Of a stretch of 64,000 bases of DNA, positions 17,847 through 25,348 are shown piece after piece. Positions within the stretch are counted from its first letter, which is position 1. Every line of letters starts with the position of its first letter. The notes under the pieces were generated by a model. The model saw only the letters and a list, made by a program, of their open reading frames with translations, did no database searches and was not told where the DNA came from. Origin of the DNA: an uncultured Pseudomonadota bacterium (GTDB lineage: Bacteria; Babelota; Babeliae; Babelales; RVW-14); assembly GCA_964388745.1 (NCBI GenBank), contig CAYMBP010000001.1:28244-92243 (forward strand), read 5' to 3'. Position numbers and translations under genes: made by a program.

Positions 17847-20066
17847 TTAGATGAGCGCGTTAGCGACTTCTTGGCCCTTATCAGAAACAACAGAATGTTC
17901 TTCAAAGCCTAATTCAATAATCTGATCAATAAACTCCATGGGACGAAGTCCTATTTCTGCAGCTTGATGGAAAATACAGGTAGCCGGCGTAAGCCCTGGC
18001 AGGCTGTTACATTCAAGAATAACGACGCGAGGCTTATTGGTTGGGCTTTGTTCTGCATTTTGATAAAAGCAATCAATGCGAGCATAGCCCTTGCAGCCAA
18101 GGGCTTGATAAGCATTGCCTATAGTTTCTTGAACAAGTTTTTGTGCATCAGCAGGAATGAGTGCTGGTGTTTGATTTTCTCCCTGCCCTGGCAAGAATTT
18201 TTCTTCTATGCTTAAGATATTATTTTGTGTAATAACTTGTGATGGTGGAAGAACCGTTGTTTCATTATTACCTAAAACACCGCAGGTGAGCTCTGTTCCT
18301 ATAATATACTCTTCAATAAGAGCTTCAGATTGTCCTTCATTAAATAATTGATGAATCGCTTTTATCATATCGTCAATAGATTTTACCATATTGACCATTA
18401 CACTGCAGCCATCATCATGAGGCTTGACAATCAGTGGAGTGTGAAGTTTCTTTGTAATTGTTTGACAGAGTGTTGATTGCTCTTCTTCGGTTAATGTTGT
18501 CCAATTTGCTTTAGTTAAAAAGTAAGATTGAGGAACAGAGAAGCCATTTTCTTGTAAGAAGGTGTTTGTGCGATATTTATCAATAGTTAGGCTGCTTGTA
18601 AGAACTCCTGATCCGTTATATGGAATGTTAAGCATTTCAAGGGTTCCTTGGACTGAACCATTTTCACCTATGCCACCATGAAGACCAATAAAAATAAAAT
18701 CAAAATCTTTAGCAAGAGAGTTCCACGTAATAGCTTCATTGCCATCAAGAGACTGCTGTATTTCTCTTGTTGAGTTTTGAAGTAATTGCCGCGTTGAAAG
18801 AGCATGAAGTTTCATCTGATCATCAACAAAAAGCGGGGTAACTTCATATTTGTGGGGTGAGAGTTTGTAACAGACATTGCGGCCTGATTCGAGTGATATT
18901 TCACGCTCATTAGTATTTCCGCCAAGAAGAACTCCAATCCGTTTTTTATCATTTTTTTGATTGTTTGCATTGAGGATTGCTTCTTGCATGAGAGAGCCTT
19001 TGTAATTAGAAAATTCTTGGATAATCAATTTGTTGATTAGTTGCGTATGATTAAGACCAACTTCTGCAGCTTGGTGAAACAGAAATGTTGCAGGAGCTGT
19101 GCCAGGGAGGGTATTCAGATCAAGAATAATAATATTGCCATCTTCCTGCAAAAAGCCATCTATACGGACAATTGTTGAAAAATTACAGAGCTTTGCTACT
19201 CTGGCACATAATGCTTGAATTCGTTGAGTATCTTCTTGTGTGCAGCGGGCTGGTGTAATTTTATGTGCTCGACCTGGCATATATTTTTGTTCATAGTCAT
19301 AAATTTCGCAACCATTTTCTGGCACGACTTCAGTGATGGGAAATGCAGACCAATCTTGCTTAGCATTCTGAATAAGAATGCAGACAAACTCCATACCCGT
19401 AATTTTTTCTTGAAGTAGGACGTCTTGTTCGTGTCGGTGATCAATGGTTCGAGCATTATCAATGGATTTTTTAAGTTCTTTAGGTGAGTAAGCAACATTA
19501 ATACCAAGGCTTGACCCTTCACATGAAGGCTTGACAATAAGAGGGAATGCAATATTTTGTTCATCAAGTTGCATTTGTATATTTTTGAGATCAATTGTTT
19601 TGCTATCATGTGATTTTATAATGACACTGCGGGGAGCTGGAATCTTATGACGTTTAAAAAAGTTTTGCTGGAGAGCTTTGTCCATTGAAAAAGCGCTTGC
19701 TAATACTTTGCTTCCTATGTATGGGATGGCAAGTACTTCCATTAATCCTTGGATACAGCCGTCTTCGCCATATCGTCCATGAAGAGAGATATACATAAAA
19801 TCAATACGACTGGGAAGGTCATCCCATATTATTTTTTCAGCTTCATCGGCAAGTCGATGAATAAAGTCTGTTGTTTTTCCTCGGTGTAAAAAGTGCCAGG
19901 GAAGTTGATAGAGGGTGCCATCTGTTGTCTGGAAAAGGGGGATAACGGTAAAAAGATTGGTATCAAGATGATCGCAAATAGTGCGACCCGAATTAAATGA
20001 GACTTCGCATTCTATTGAGCGACCGCCCATTAAAACACCAATAACAAGTTGTGATGTCTGTACCAT
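17847..20066 (-). CDS. ddl: tandem-duplicated D-alanine--D-alanine ligase (Ddl-Ddl fusion)
   Basis: 739 aa, about twice a normal Ddl. Two collinear modules are visible. 'VIGVLMGGRSIECEVSFNSGRTICDHL' matches 'RIGVLLGGNTNEREISLESGRNVCYKL'. 'SLHGRYGEDGCIQGLMEVLAIPYIGS' matches 'GLHGGIGENGSVQGTLEMLNIPYNGS'. 'LDLNTLPGTAPATFLFHQAAEVGL' matches 'LECNSLPGLTPATCIFHQAAEIGL'. Confidence 0.85.
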   Translation of the reverse strand: MVQTSQLVIGVLMGGRSIECEVSFNSGRTICDHLDTNLFTVIPLFQTTDGTLYQLPWHFLHRGKTTDFIHRLADEAEKIIWDDLPSRIDFMYISLHGRYGEDGCIQGLMEVLAIPYIGSKVLASAFSMDKALQQNFFKRHKIPAPRSVIIKSHDSKTIDLKNIQMQLDEQNIAFPLIVKPSCEGSSLGINVAYSPKELKKSIDNARTIDHRHEQDVLLQEKITGMEFVCILIQNAKQDWSAFPITEVVPENGCEIYDYEQKYMPGRAHKITPARCTQEDTQRIQALCARVAKLCNFSTIVRIDGFLQEDGNIIILDLNTLPGTAPATFLFHQAAEVGLNHTQLINKLIIQEFSNYKGSLMQEAILNANNQKNDKKRIGVLLGGNTNEREISLESGRNVCYKLSPHKYEVTPLFVDDQMKLHALSTRQLLQNSTREIQQSLDGNEAITWNSLAKDFDFIFIGLHGGIGENGSVQGTLEMLNIPYNGSGVLTSSLTIDKYRTNTFLQENGFSVPQSYFLTKANWTTLTEEEQSTLCQTITKKLHTPLIVKPHDDGCSVMVNMVKSIDDMIKAIHQLFNEGQSEALIEEYIIGTELTCGVLGNNETTVLPPSQVITQNNILSIEEKFLPGQGENQTPALIPADAQKLVQETIGNAYQALGCKGYARIDCFYQNAEQSPTNKPRVVILECNSLPGLTPATCIFHQAAEIGLRPMEFIDQIIELGFEEHSVVSDKGQEVANALI

Positions 20067-20086
20067 GTGTTAAGCCTTTCAGGTGA

Positions 20087-20749
20087 TTATTGCTGAGCCT
20101 TTTCATATAAGTCATGAAGAGATTGAGTTGGATTGTCAGTATAGAAAAGCGCAGAAGCTGCTGCAACAGAATTAACACCCAATTGAGAGAGTTGGGCAAT
20201 GTTTGATAGGTTAACGCCTCCATCAACGCTTACTTCAAAAGATAAAGATTTTTGTTGTCGTAGCATGCAAAGCTGCTCAATTTTTGTATAGATTGTCGGA
20301 ATAAATTTTTGACCAGAAAAGCCAGGATTCACTGTCATAACCAAGATAAGATTAATGTTATTAAGCCATGGCTCAATTGACTCAATACTTGTTTCTGGAT
20401 TGATAGCTATTCCTACTTGCCAACTGGCCTCTTTTATTTTTTTTATTAATTCTGTTAAAACTTGAGCTGTTACAGCTTCACGGTGAAAGATAAAATAATC
20501 ATATTCATTTAGCTTGAGACGATCAATCCAAATTTCAGGATTGCTTACCATTAAATGTACATGAAGGGGGAGCGTTGTTGCCTGTTTAATTGCATTGGTG
20601 AAGGCTGCTCCCCAGGTTAAGTTGGGAACAAAATGGTCGTCCATAATGTCAATATGGTAGCCATTACAGAGTGAGTTAAACTCTGTGAGCGTATGCTCGA
20701 GTTTCAGGAGAGGAGATGAAATAAGTGATGGATAAATATGCATTGCCAT
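20087..20749 (-). CDS. rpe: ribulose-phosphate 3-epimerase
   Basis: 'SLISSPLLKLEHTL', 'HIDIMDDHFVPNLTWG', 'HLMVSNPE', 'VMTVNPGFSGQKFI' and 'VDGGVN'. Confidence 0.9.
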   Translation of the reverse strand: MAMHIYPSLISSPLLKLEHTLTEFNSLCNGYHIDIMDDHFVPNLTWGAAFTNAIKQATTLPLHVHLMVSNPEIWIDRLKLNEYDYFIFHREAVTAQVLTELIKKIKEASWQVGIAINPETSIESIEPWLNNINLILVMTVNPGFSGQKFIPTIYTKIEQLCMLRQQKSLSFEVSVDGGVNLSNIAQLSQLGVNSVAAASALFYTDNPTQSLHDLYEKAQQ

Positions 20750-20767
20750 GGTCCTTATTTTGAATTC

Positions 20768-21727
20768 TTAGGTTTTCTCTACTAAAGATTCTCCCATGCG
20801 AACAGCCGTTTCATATCCCAGTTGCGTATTTTTTATAAGGTCTATTCGAGGAGTAGCCGTATTTTTTTTAAATAAAAGAAGAAGTGATGATCCACCAAAG
20901 CTGAAGTAGCCAGCTTCATCACCTTGTGAATGAGGCTGGTCATGCTTAAAAGTTTCAATAATTGCTCCAACAAAAAGAGCACCAACTGGTATTAAAAGAG
21001 CATTTCCATGAGGTGTTTTTGATAGGGTAATGATATGTCGTTCATTGATTAAATAGGGATTAATTCCTTGAGAAAAAACAGAGGGGTTGACAGACTCACA
21101 CGTACCATGAATCAGCGTTGGCTTAAGCGGTGTACAGGCTAAAGGAAAATGAAAGCGGTGGTAATCATATGGTGCAAGTCGAATAATAAACAGTGTTCCA
21201 CCTTCAAATTCTTGGGCAAGAGTTTTATTCTTAATGATACTAATTAATGAGCAGCGTATATTTTTGACTGAAAACTGATCAATGGGACTTATCTGCTCAT
21301 ATGCTAGCACTTTGCCATCAGTGGGACAGATAACGGATGTTTTTTCTTGAGGGCGGGCATTTTCTTTGAGTGTGCGAATGAAAAAATTATTGAATGATGA
21401 GTATCCATTTTCAGGAATATTATATTGCATCATATCAATGTTATAGTAGTCAATAAAAGGTTTAATGTGATATCTGCTCATGCTTGTTGAATAGTACCAA
21501 CCAGTCATCTTTTGTACTGACTTTGTTTTTAACATTGTGCGAATCAATTTGCCAAGCGGGTTGTTATATAAAAAAGCGAGTGATGTATTATTGCTATTTT
21601 TTTCAGGGATGAGTTTGCCGTTATGATTGAAATAGAAGACGAGTGTTTTATTCTTTTTTCTAAGAAAGCAATAAAGACTGAAAAACATAAATATAAAAAA
21701 TATATAAATAAGGTAAGCACTATTCAT
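20768..21727 (-). CDS. psd: phosphatidylserine decarboxylase proenzyme
   Basis: N-terminal TM helix. 'RLAPYDYHRFHFP'. Self-cleavage-type 'YFSFGGSSLLLLF' near the C-terminus. Confidence 0.85.
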   Translation of the reverse strand: MNSAYLIYIFFIFMFFSLYCFLRKKNKTLVFYFNHNGKLIPEKNSNNTSLAFLYNNPLGKLIRTMLKTKSVQKMTGWYYSTSMSRYHIKPFIDYYNIDMMQYNIPENGYSSFNNFFIRTLKENARPQEKTSVICPTDGKVLAYEQISPIDQFSVKNIRCSLISIIKNKTLAQEFEGGTLFIIRLAPYDYHRFHFPLACTPLKPTLIHGTCESVNPSVFSQGINPYLINERHIITLSKTPHGNALLIPVGALFVGAIIETFKHDQPHSQGDEAGYFSFGGSSLLLLFKKNTATPRIDLIKNTQLGYETAVRMGESLVEKT

Positions 21728-21740
21728 TTTATGTATAAGG

Positions 21741-21791
21741 TAAAAAGATTTACGAGCTATGATATATCATATTATTAGTATATCATAGCTC
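21741..21791 (-). terminator. 13-bp perfect inverted repeat (terminator or operator) between the Cys-rich gene and psd
   Basis: gagctatgatata (21754-21766) pairs with tatatcatagctc (21779-21791), with a 12-nt loop. On the minus strand it is followed by gtaaatcttttta. Confidence 0.5.
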
Positions 21792-21854
21792 TTATGATAG
21801 GTCTTACTATTCTTGTTGGATATTTTTACTCTGTTGCTTCTTGCATGGGGATGT

Positions 21855-22655
21855 CTACTGTTTATCTTTTTTATTAATAATTTTAAGATTCCCAACTGTT
21901 TGGAGGTTGTCTTTTTGAGTTGATTTATCGTGCTGATCAATTCCTTTTTTTTCAAAAATTATGTCTCCATTGCTTACCCAGGCAAGAAGGTTTTTCAGTA
22001 GATTATGGATGTGCGGGGTGAGAGAGGGATCTTCATCATTAATAATTTCTTCACTTATTGCTGCAAGATTTTTGACATAGTTAAGACAAATAAGTCTTTC
22101 GCGTTCATCTTGAGACTGTGCAGAAATAGTAAAGTGTCCACTTTGTTTGTTGTTATATCGTTTATATTCATTAACACTCTGAGTGTTTAGTGTTGATTGA
22201 GTGATGTTTTGTACCATTTCCCCGGTTATTTCAATAATTTTAACATATCGTGAATCAAGAGTTTTTTGAGGTGCTTCCGCTTCAGAGCTTTCAGCTGCAA
22301 GTTCTATGCCTGTTTCAATAAGGTTAAGAATTGCTGCTTGTGTTGCAATTTTATCATGATTACTTTTGGCATGAAGGAGTGAGCTAACGTGAATAAATGC
22401 CTTTGCAACAGCATTAAGTATTTTTTTTGCAGAAAGCTTGCCTCTTGTTATAGGGGGAAAAGAGTTATTGTTCTTACAAGGACATGCTGAACAACAATTG
22501 CAGCTGCTGCCACAGGCACACTCAGCGGTTGTGTTATTGCAGCAAGATGGAATACTTGTTGATTCAAAATTTTGTTTTTTGGGGGGGTGAGGAGATGATG
22601 CAAGAGGTGTTGTGGTGAGTGCTATCATTACAAGGCTAACTATCAATTTATTCAT
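21855..22655 (-). CDS. secreted protein with a metallothionein-like cysteine cluster
   Basis: RBS aaaaaGGAGtcttctctATG. Signal-like 'MNKLIVSLVMIALTTTPLASS'. 'SCCNNTTAECACGSSCNCCSACPC' has 9 Cys within 23 residues (nt 22476-22544). The rest looks helical and is unrecognised. Confidence 0.55.
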   Translation of the reverse strand: MNKLIVSLVMIALTTTPLASSPHPPKKQNFESTSIPSCCNNTTAECACGSSCNCCSACPCKNNNSFPPITRGKLSAKKILNAVAKAFIHVSSLLHAKSNHDKIATQAAILNLIETGIELAAESSEAEAPQKTLDSRYVKIIEITGEMVQNITQSTLNTQSVNEYKRYNNKQSGHFTISAQSQDERERLICLNYVKNLAAISEEIINDEDPSLTPHIHNLLKNLLAWVSNGDIIFEKKGIDQHDKSTQKDNLQTVGNLKIINKKDKQ

Positions 22656-23043
22656 AGAGAAGACTCCTTTTTTCGTAAAAACTTATTTTTACAATCTATT
22701 AATCGTTGATGAGCTTATAGCCTTGTCAGGCTAACTACTCTTTTTCATTTGGCGCGAGCAATAGCTTTGTGCTTTATCTGCAGAGCTTTTTTATATTATG
22801 TATTGCGGGGGGTAATTATTGGATTATGCTTCACGTATATACTCTCTGATTGCTCTGATATTACCAATCCTTTTCTCTCTTGAGAGTCTAATATGAGAAG
22901 TAAAAAAAGTTAATAATTAAAATCTATATTTTTGTGATACCTCTGTGAGTAATTCCTTTATCAGGTATTCTCGATGTTAGACTAAAAGCAAAAAGTATTC
23001 ATCAAGTTGAAAATGACTTCGTAGGGTTAAGACCGTGCAGAGG

Positions 23044-23811
23044 TTATATCTTTTGGGCAACTGTTAAAATTCTTTCAGATTCTTTTTCACTCAAAGCGCT
23101 TCTTTTTATATTAGTCTGTTCAACAATTTTAAATCCGCTAGATTCAAGAAGTTTGGTCAATTGGACACGGTTGTATACCTGAAGTGTTTGACAAGCGTAT
23201 GAAGTGGTCGGCTCTTCACCCTTTTTTTCTTCATAATAAATATCATGAGAAGCAAGAACACCTTCTTGATTGATAGTGCTATACTGAATTTCTCGTCTGA
23301 TTTTATCTTCAGATTTTTTGAGCCAGTCAATGGTGAGCTTGGTAATATTGTCTTTGTGCAGAAGATAGTCCAGATTAAAAATATCAAAAATATATAGTCC
23401 ATCAGCTTTGAGATTTTTTCCAATGTTGTGGATTGTTTTCTTAAAATCTTGCTTGGTGAGATGGCCAATTGAATTAAAGATAGTGATGACCGCATCAAAC
23501 TCACCGGCTTGAGTGGTGCGCATGTCACCCTCATGAAAAGAAAGATTAAGAGATGCTTGTTCTGCTTTTGCTTGAGCTTGTGCGATCATTGTTGGGCTGA
23601 TGTCATAACCGACAACGTCAAAACCTTTTGAAGAGAGGTAAAAAACTTGAGATCCTGTTCCACTAGTGAAATCTAGCACTGTCTTGACTTTGTGCTCAGA
23701 GAGTATTTGCTCGATGAGTTGATTCGTCTTTTCTGAGTTTTTTTCGTTAAAAAGATCATAGGTTGAAGCTTCTTTGTCATAGTGTGTATGCAAGGCGCTT
23801 GTGTGTTTCAT
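23044..23811 (-). CDS. class I SAM-dependent methyltransferase
   Basis: Motif I 'VLDFTSGTGSQVFYLSSKGFDVVGYDISPTMI'. Post-I acidic residue. 'FDAVITIFNSIGHL'. Substrate unknown. Confidence 0.8.
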   Translation of the reverse strand: MKHTSALHTHYDKEASTYDLFNEKNSEKTNQLIEQILSEHKVKTVLDFTSGTGSQVFYLSSKGFDVVGYDISPTMIAQAQAKAEQASLNLSFHEGDMRTTQAGEFDAVITIFNSIGHLTKQDFKKTIHNIGKNLKADGLYIFDIFNLDYLLHKDNITKLTIDWLKKSEDKIRREIQYSTINQEGVLASHDIYYEEKKGEEPTTSYACQTLQVYNRVQLTKLLESSGFKIVEQTNIKRSALSEKESERILTVAQKI

Positions 23812-23829
23812 TTTTTATCTCTTGTAGTT

Positions 23830-24756
23830 TTAGTTAATTTGAAGGTGACTATTAATAATGCTTAATCGAGCGCCACTCGTCATAATAAGGTCAGCATTGC
23901 TATCGAAAGAGAGAATTCCTCCATCAAAGTTAAATAATTGTGATTGACCTTCAATAAATAGTCGACCATTGCCTTCTATACGATTTGTTTCAAGAATGGC
24001 ATTATTTAAAAAAAGGTCTGATTGATTAGCTCTAACATCAACGTAATCACATTTTACTTGAGCGCTTGGTTCAATTGTGCAAGAAGATTCTATGGTAATG
24101 CGTAAACGATCAGTTATATCAAAAAGCCCACCAATACCTTTGAGAATAACGTCACCAAGAACATCAATTCTATCAAGAGAGAATGTGCTAGATGTTATGT
24201 TAAGTTTTCCATCTCTCATATTAATAGTTTTAAGGCCACCAGCATTAAATAAAATATTCTGTGCACTTATGATCTCAAGGCTAACAAGTGAGAGATTGTT
24301 ATTATCAAGCAAAACAATGTTGCCAGTACCTCCAAGTTTAAATCTTCCTGTTCCTCCACCATGTAATGATGGAGCACCATTAAAGAAAAGGGTTCCTCTG
24401 TTGCTTATATTTAAATTTCCGTGAATATAAATTGTATGATTATTTGTTACAAAAAAACAGCTTCCTGTAATAGAAGCTTCTTCACCAAGGTGTAGATCTT
24501 GTTCTAATATGATTGTTCCATTGTTGAGTGTAAGGGGGCCATCAACTAGTTGATTAATGCCTAAAAAAATTGTTACACCTGGGGTGATATCAAATCCTTG
24601 ATTGAATTTAACAAATCCTCGGGCCCATTCAAAAGCAGTAAGGCTTGGTGTTGTGTCAACAACAATGGAGCTTCCATCTTTGCCATTAAAGATGCTTTGA
24701 AGTTTATGAAAAGAAAAGAGTGCTATAAAAAATATAAATATTACTTGTTTCTTCAT
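23830..24756 (-). CDS. secreted beta-helix-like repeat protein (Pmp-like FxxN / GG[AIL] motifs)
   Basis: Frame is open to 24795, but ATG 24756 follows AGGA and starts 'MKKQVIFIFFIALFSFHKLQS'. Repetitive G/N/L/I-rich strands: 'LFFNGAPSLHGGGTG', 'ILFNAGGLKTIN', 'QLFNFDGGILSF'. No C-terminal barrel. Ends 18 nt before the methyltransferase start. Confidence 0.5.
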   Translation of the reverse strand: MKKQVIFIFFIALFSFHKLQSIFNGKDGSSIVVDTTPSLTAFEWARGFVKFNQGFDITPGVTIFLGINQLVDGPLTLNNGTIILEQDLHLGEEASITGSCFFVTNNHTIYIHGNLNISNRGTLFFNGAPSLHGGGTGRFKLGGTGNIVLLDNNNLSLVSLEIISAQNILFNAGGLKTINMRDGKLNITSSTFSLDRIDVLGDVILKGIGGLFDITDRLRITIESSCTIEPSAQVKCDYVDVRANQSDLFLNNAILETNRIEGNGRLFIEGQSQLFNFDGGILSFDSNADLIMTSGARLSIINSHLQIN

Positions 24757-24824
24757 TACATCCTTTTTATAGGTGATTCGTTGGGCAGACACCATACAAA
24801 ACTGGTATCAAATATAGCAAATAG

Positions 24825-25345
24825 TTATGCATAAGTGTAGAGATTGCGATTGAGGGCATAAAGCAATAGAAAGTAAGAGATAGTTTCAATATTATTGCTT
24901 AATGATTTTAGGCCACAGAGACCAATGAAAAGATCATGATCTATTTCTGTAATTGTCCACATTTCAAGGTGAGTTTTTAACGTGTATTTCTAGAGAAATA
25001 TCTAAAGGAGCAAGGGCTGTAAAATTTTTGTAGGTAAAGTAAAAGGCAAAAATATCTTTTTGTTCAAGGACTCGCTTAATTTTGTTTCGTCGATAATTTT
25101 TTTATCTTTTTTGTGAATAATGACCATAAAAAAACCGGTGAAGATTTTCGATTCTCGAGAAAGAGCGTTGCTGGCGATATGTTTTTGGGTTGTTTCTAGG
25201 CTTGGATCATGTGCCCATGGCATCCATTTTTGTAATGAGCTCAAAGAGTTGTTGATAGCGTTGTTCAAAGGAATTGCATCAGTTAGTTGTACGGGGCGAA
25301 TAATAAGTCGAGGAGTTGCTATTTTTTTGAGGGTAAAATTTTTTT
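24825..25345 (-). pseudogene. decayed GNAT (RimJ/RimL-like) N-acetyltransferase
   Basis: The minus frame reads 'TPRLIIRPVQLTDAIPLNNAINNSLSSLQKWMPWAHDPSLETTQKHI', which is GNAT N-terminus-like. Its only ATG (aaATGaaaaaaatt) is in another frame across an A-run. Two in-frame TAG stops follow (25002-25004 and 24990-24992). Then comes '...DHDLFIGLCGLKSLSNNIETISYFL' and premature termination at 24825. Confidence 0.5.
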
Positions 25346-25348
25346 CAT

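Noticed and set aside
19196-19609. 137-aa minus-strand ORF in an alternative frame within ddl.
   Set aside because: It is an out-of-frame overlap with the Ddl module 1 coding frame, which carries the conserved motifs.
21767-21955. 62-aa minus-strand ORF downstream of the Cys-rich gene.
   Set aside because: It overlaps the 3' end of the 266-aa gene in another frame and runs through the 13-bp inverted-repeat terminator. It is most likely spurious.
22656-23043. 388-nt spacer between the methyltransferase and the Cys-rich gene, examined for an sRNA, a riboswitch or a small ORF.
   Set aside because: Only short imperfect hairpins were seen (for example atacct/aggtat at about 22946-22975). Nothing can be supported without covariation or expression data.
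23157-23534. 125-aa alternative-frame ORF inside the methyltransferase gene.
   Set aside because: It is on the same strand but in a different frame from the ORF carrying SAM-binding motif I. It has no independent support.
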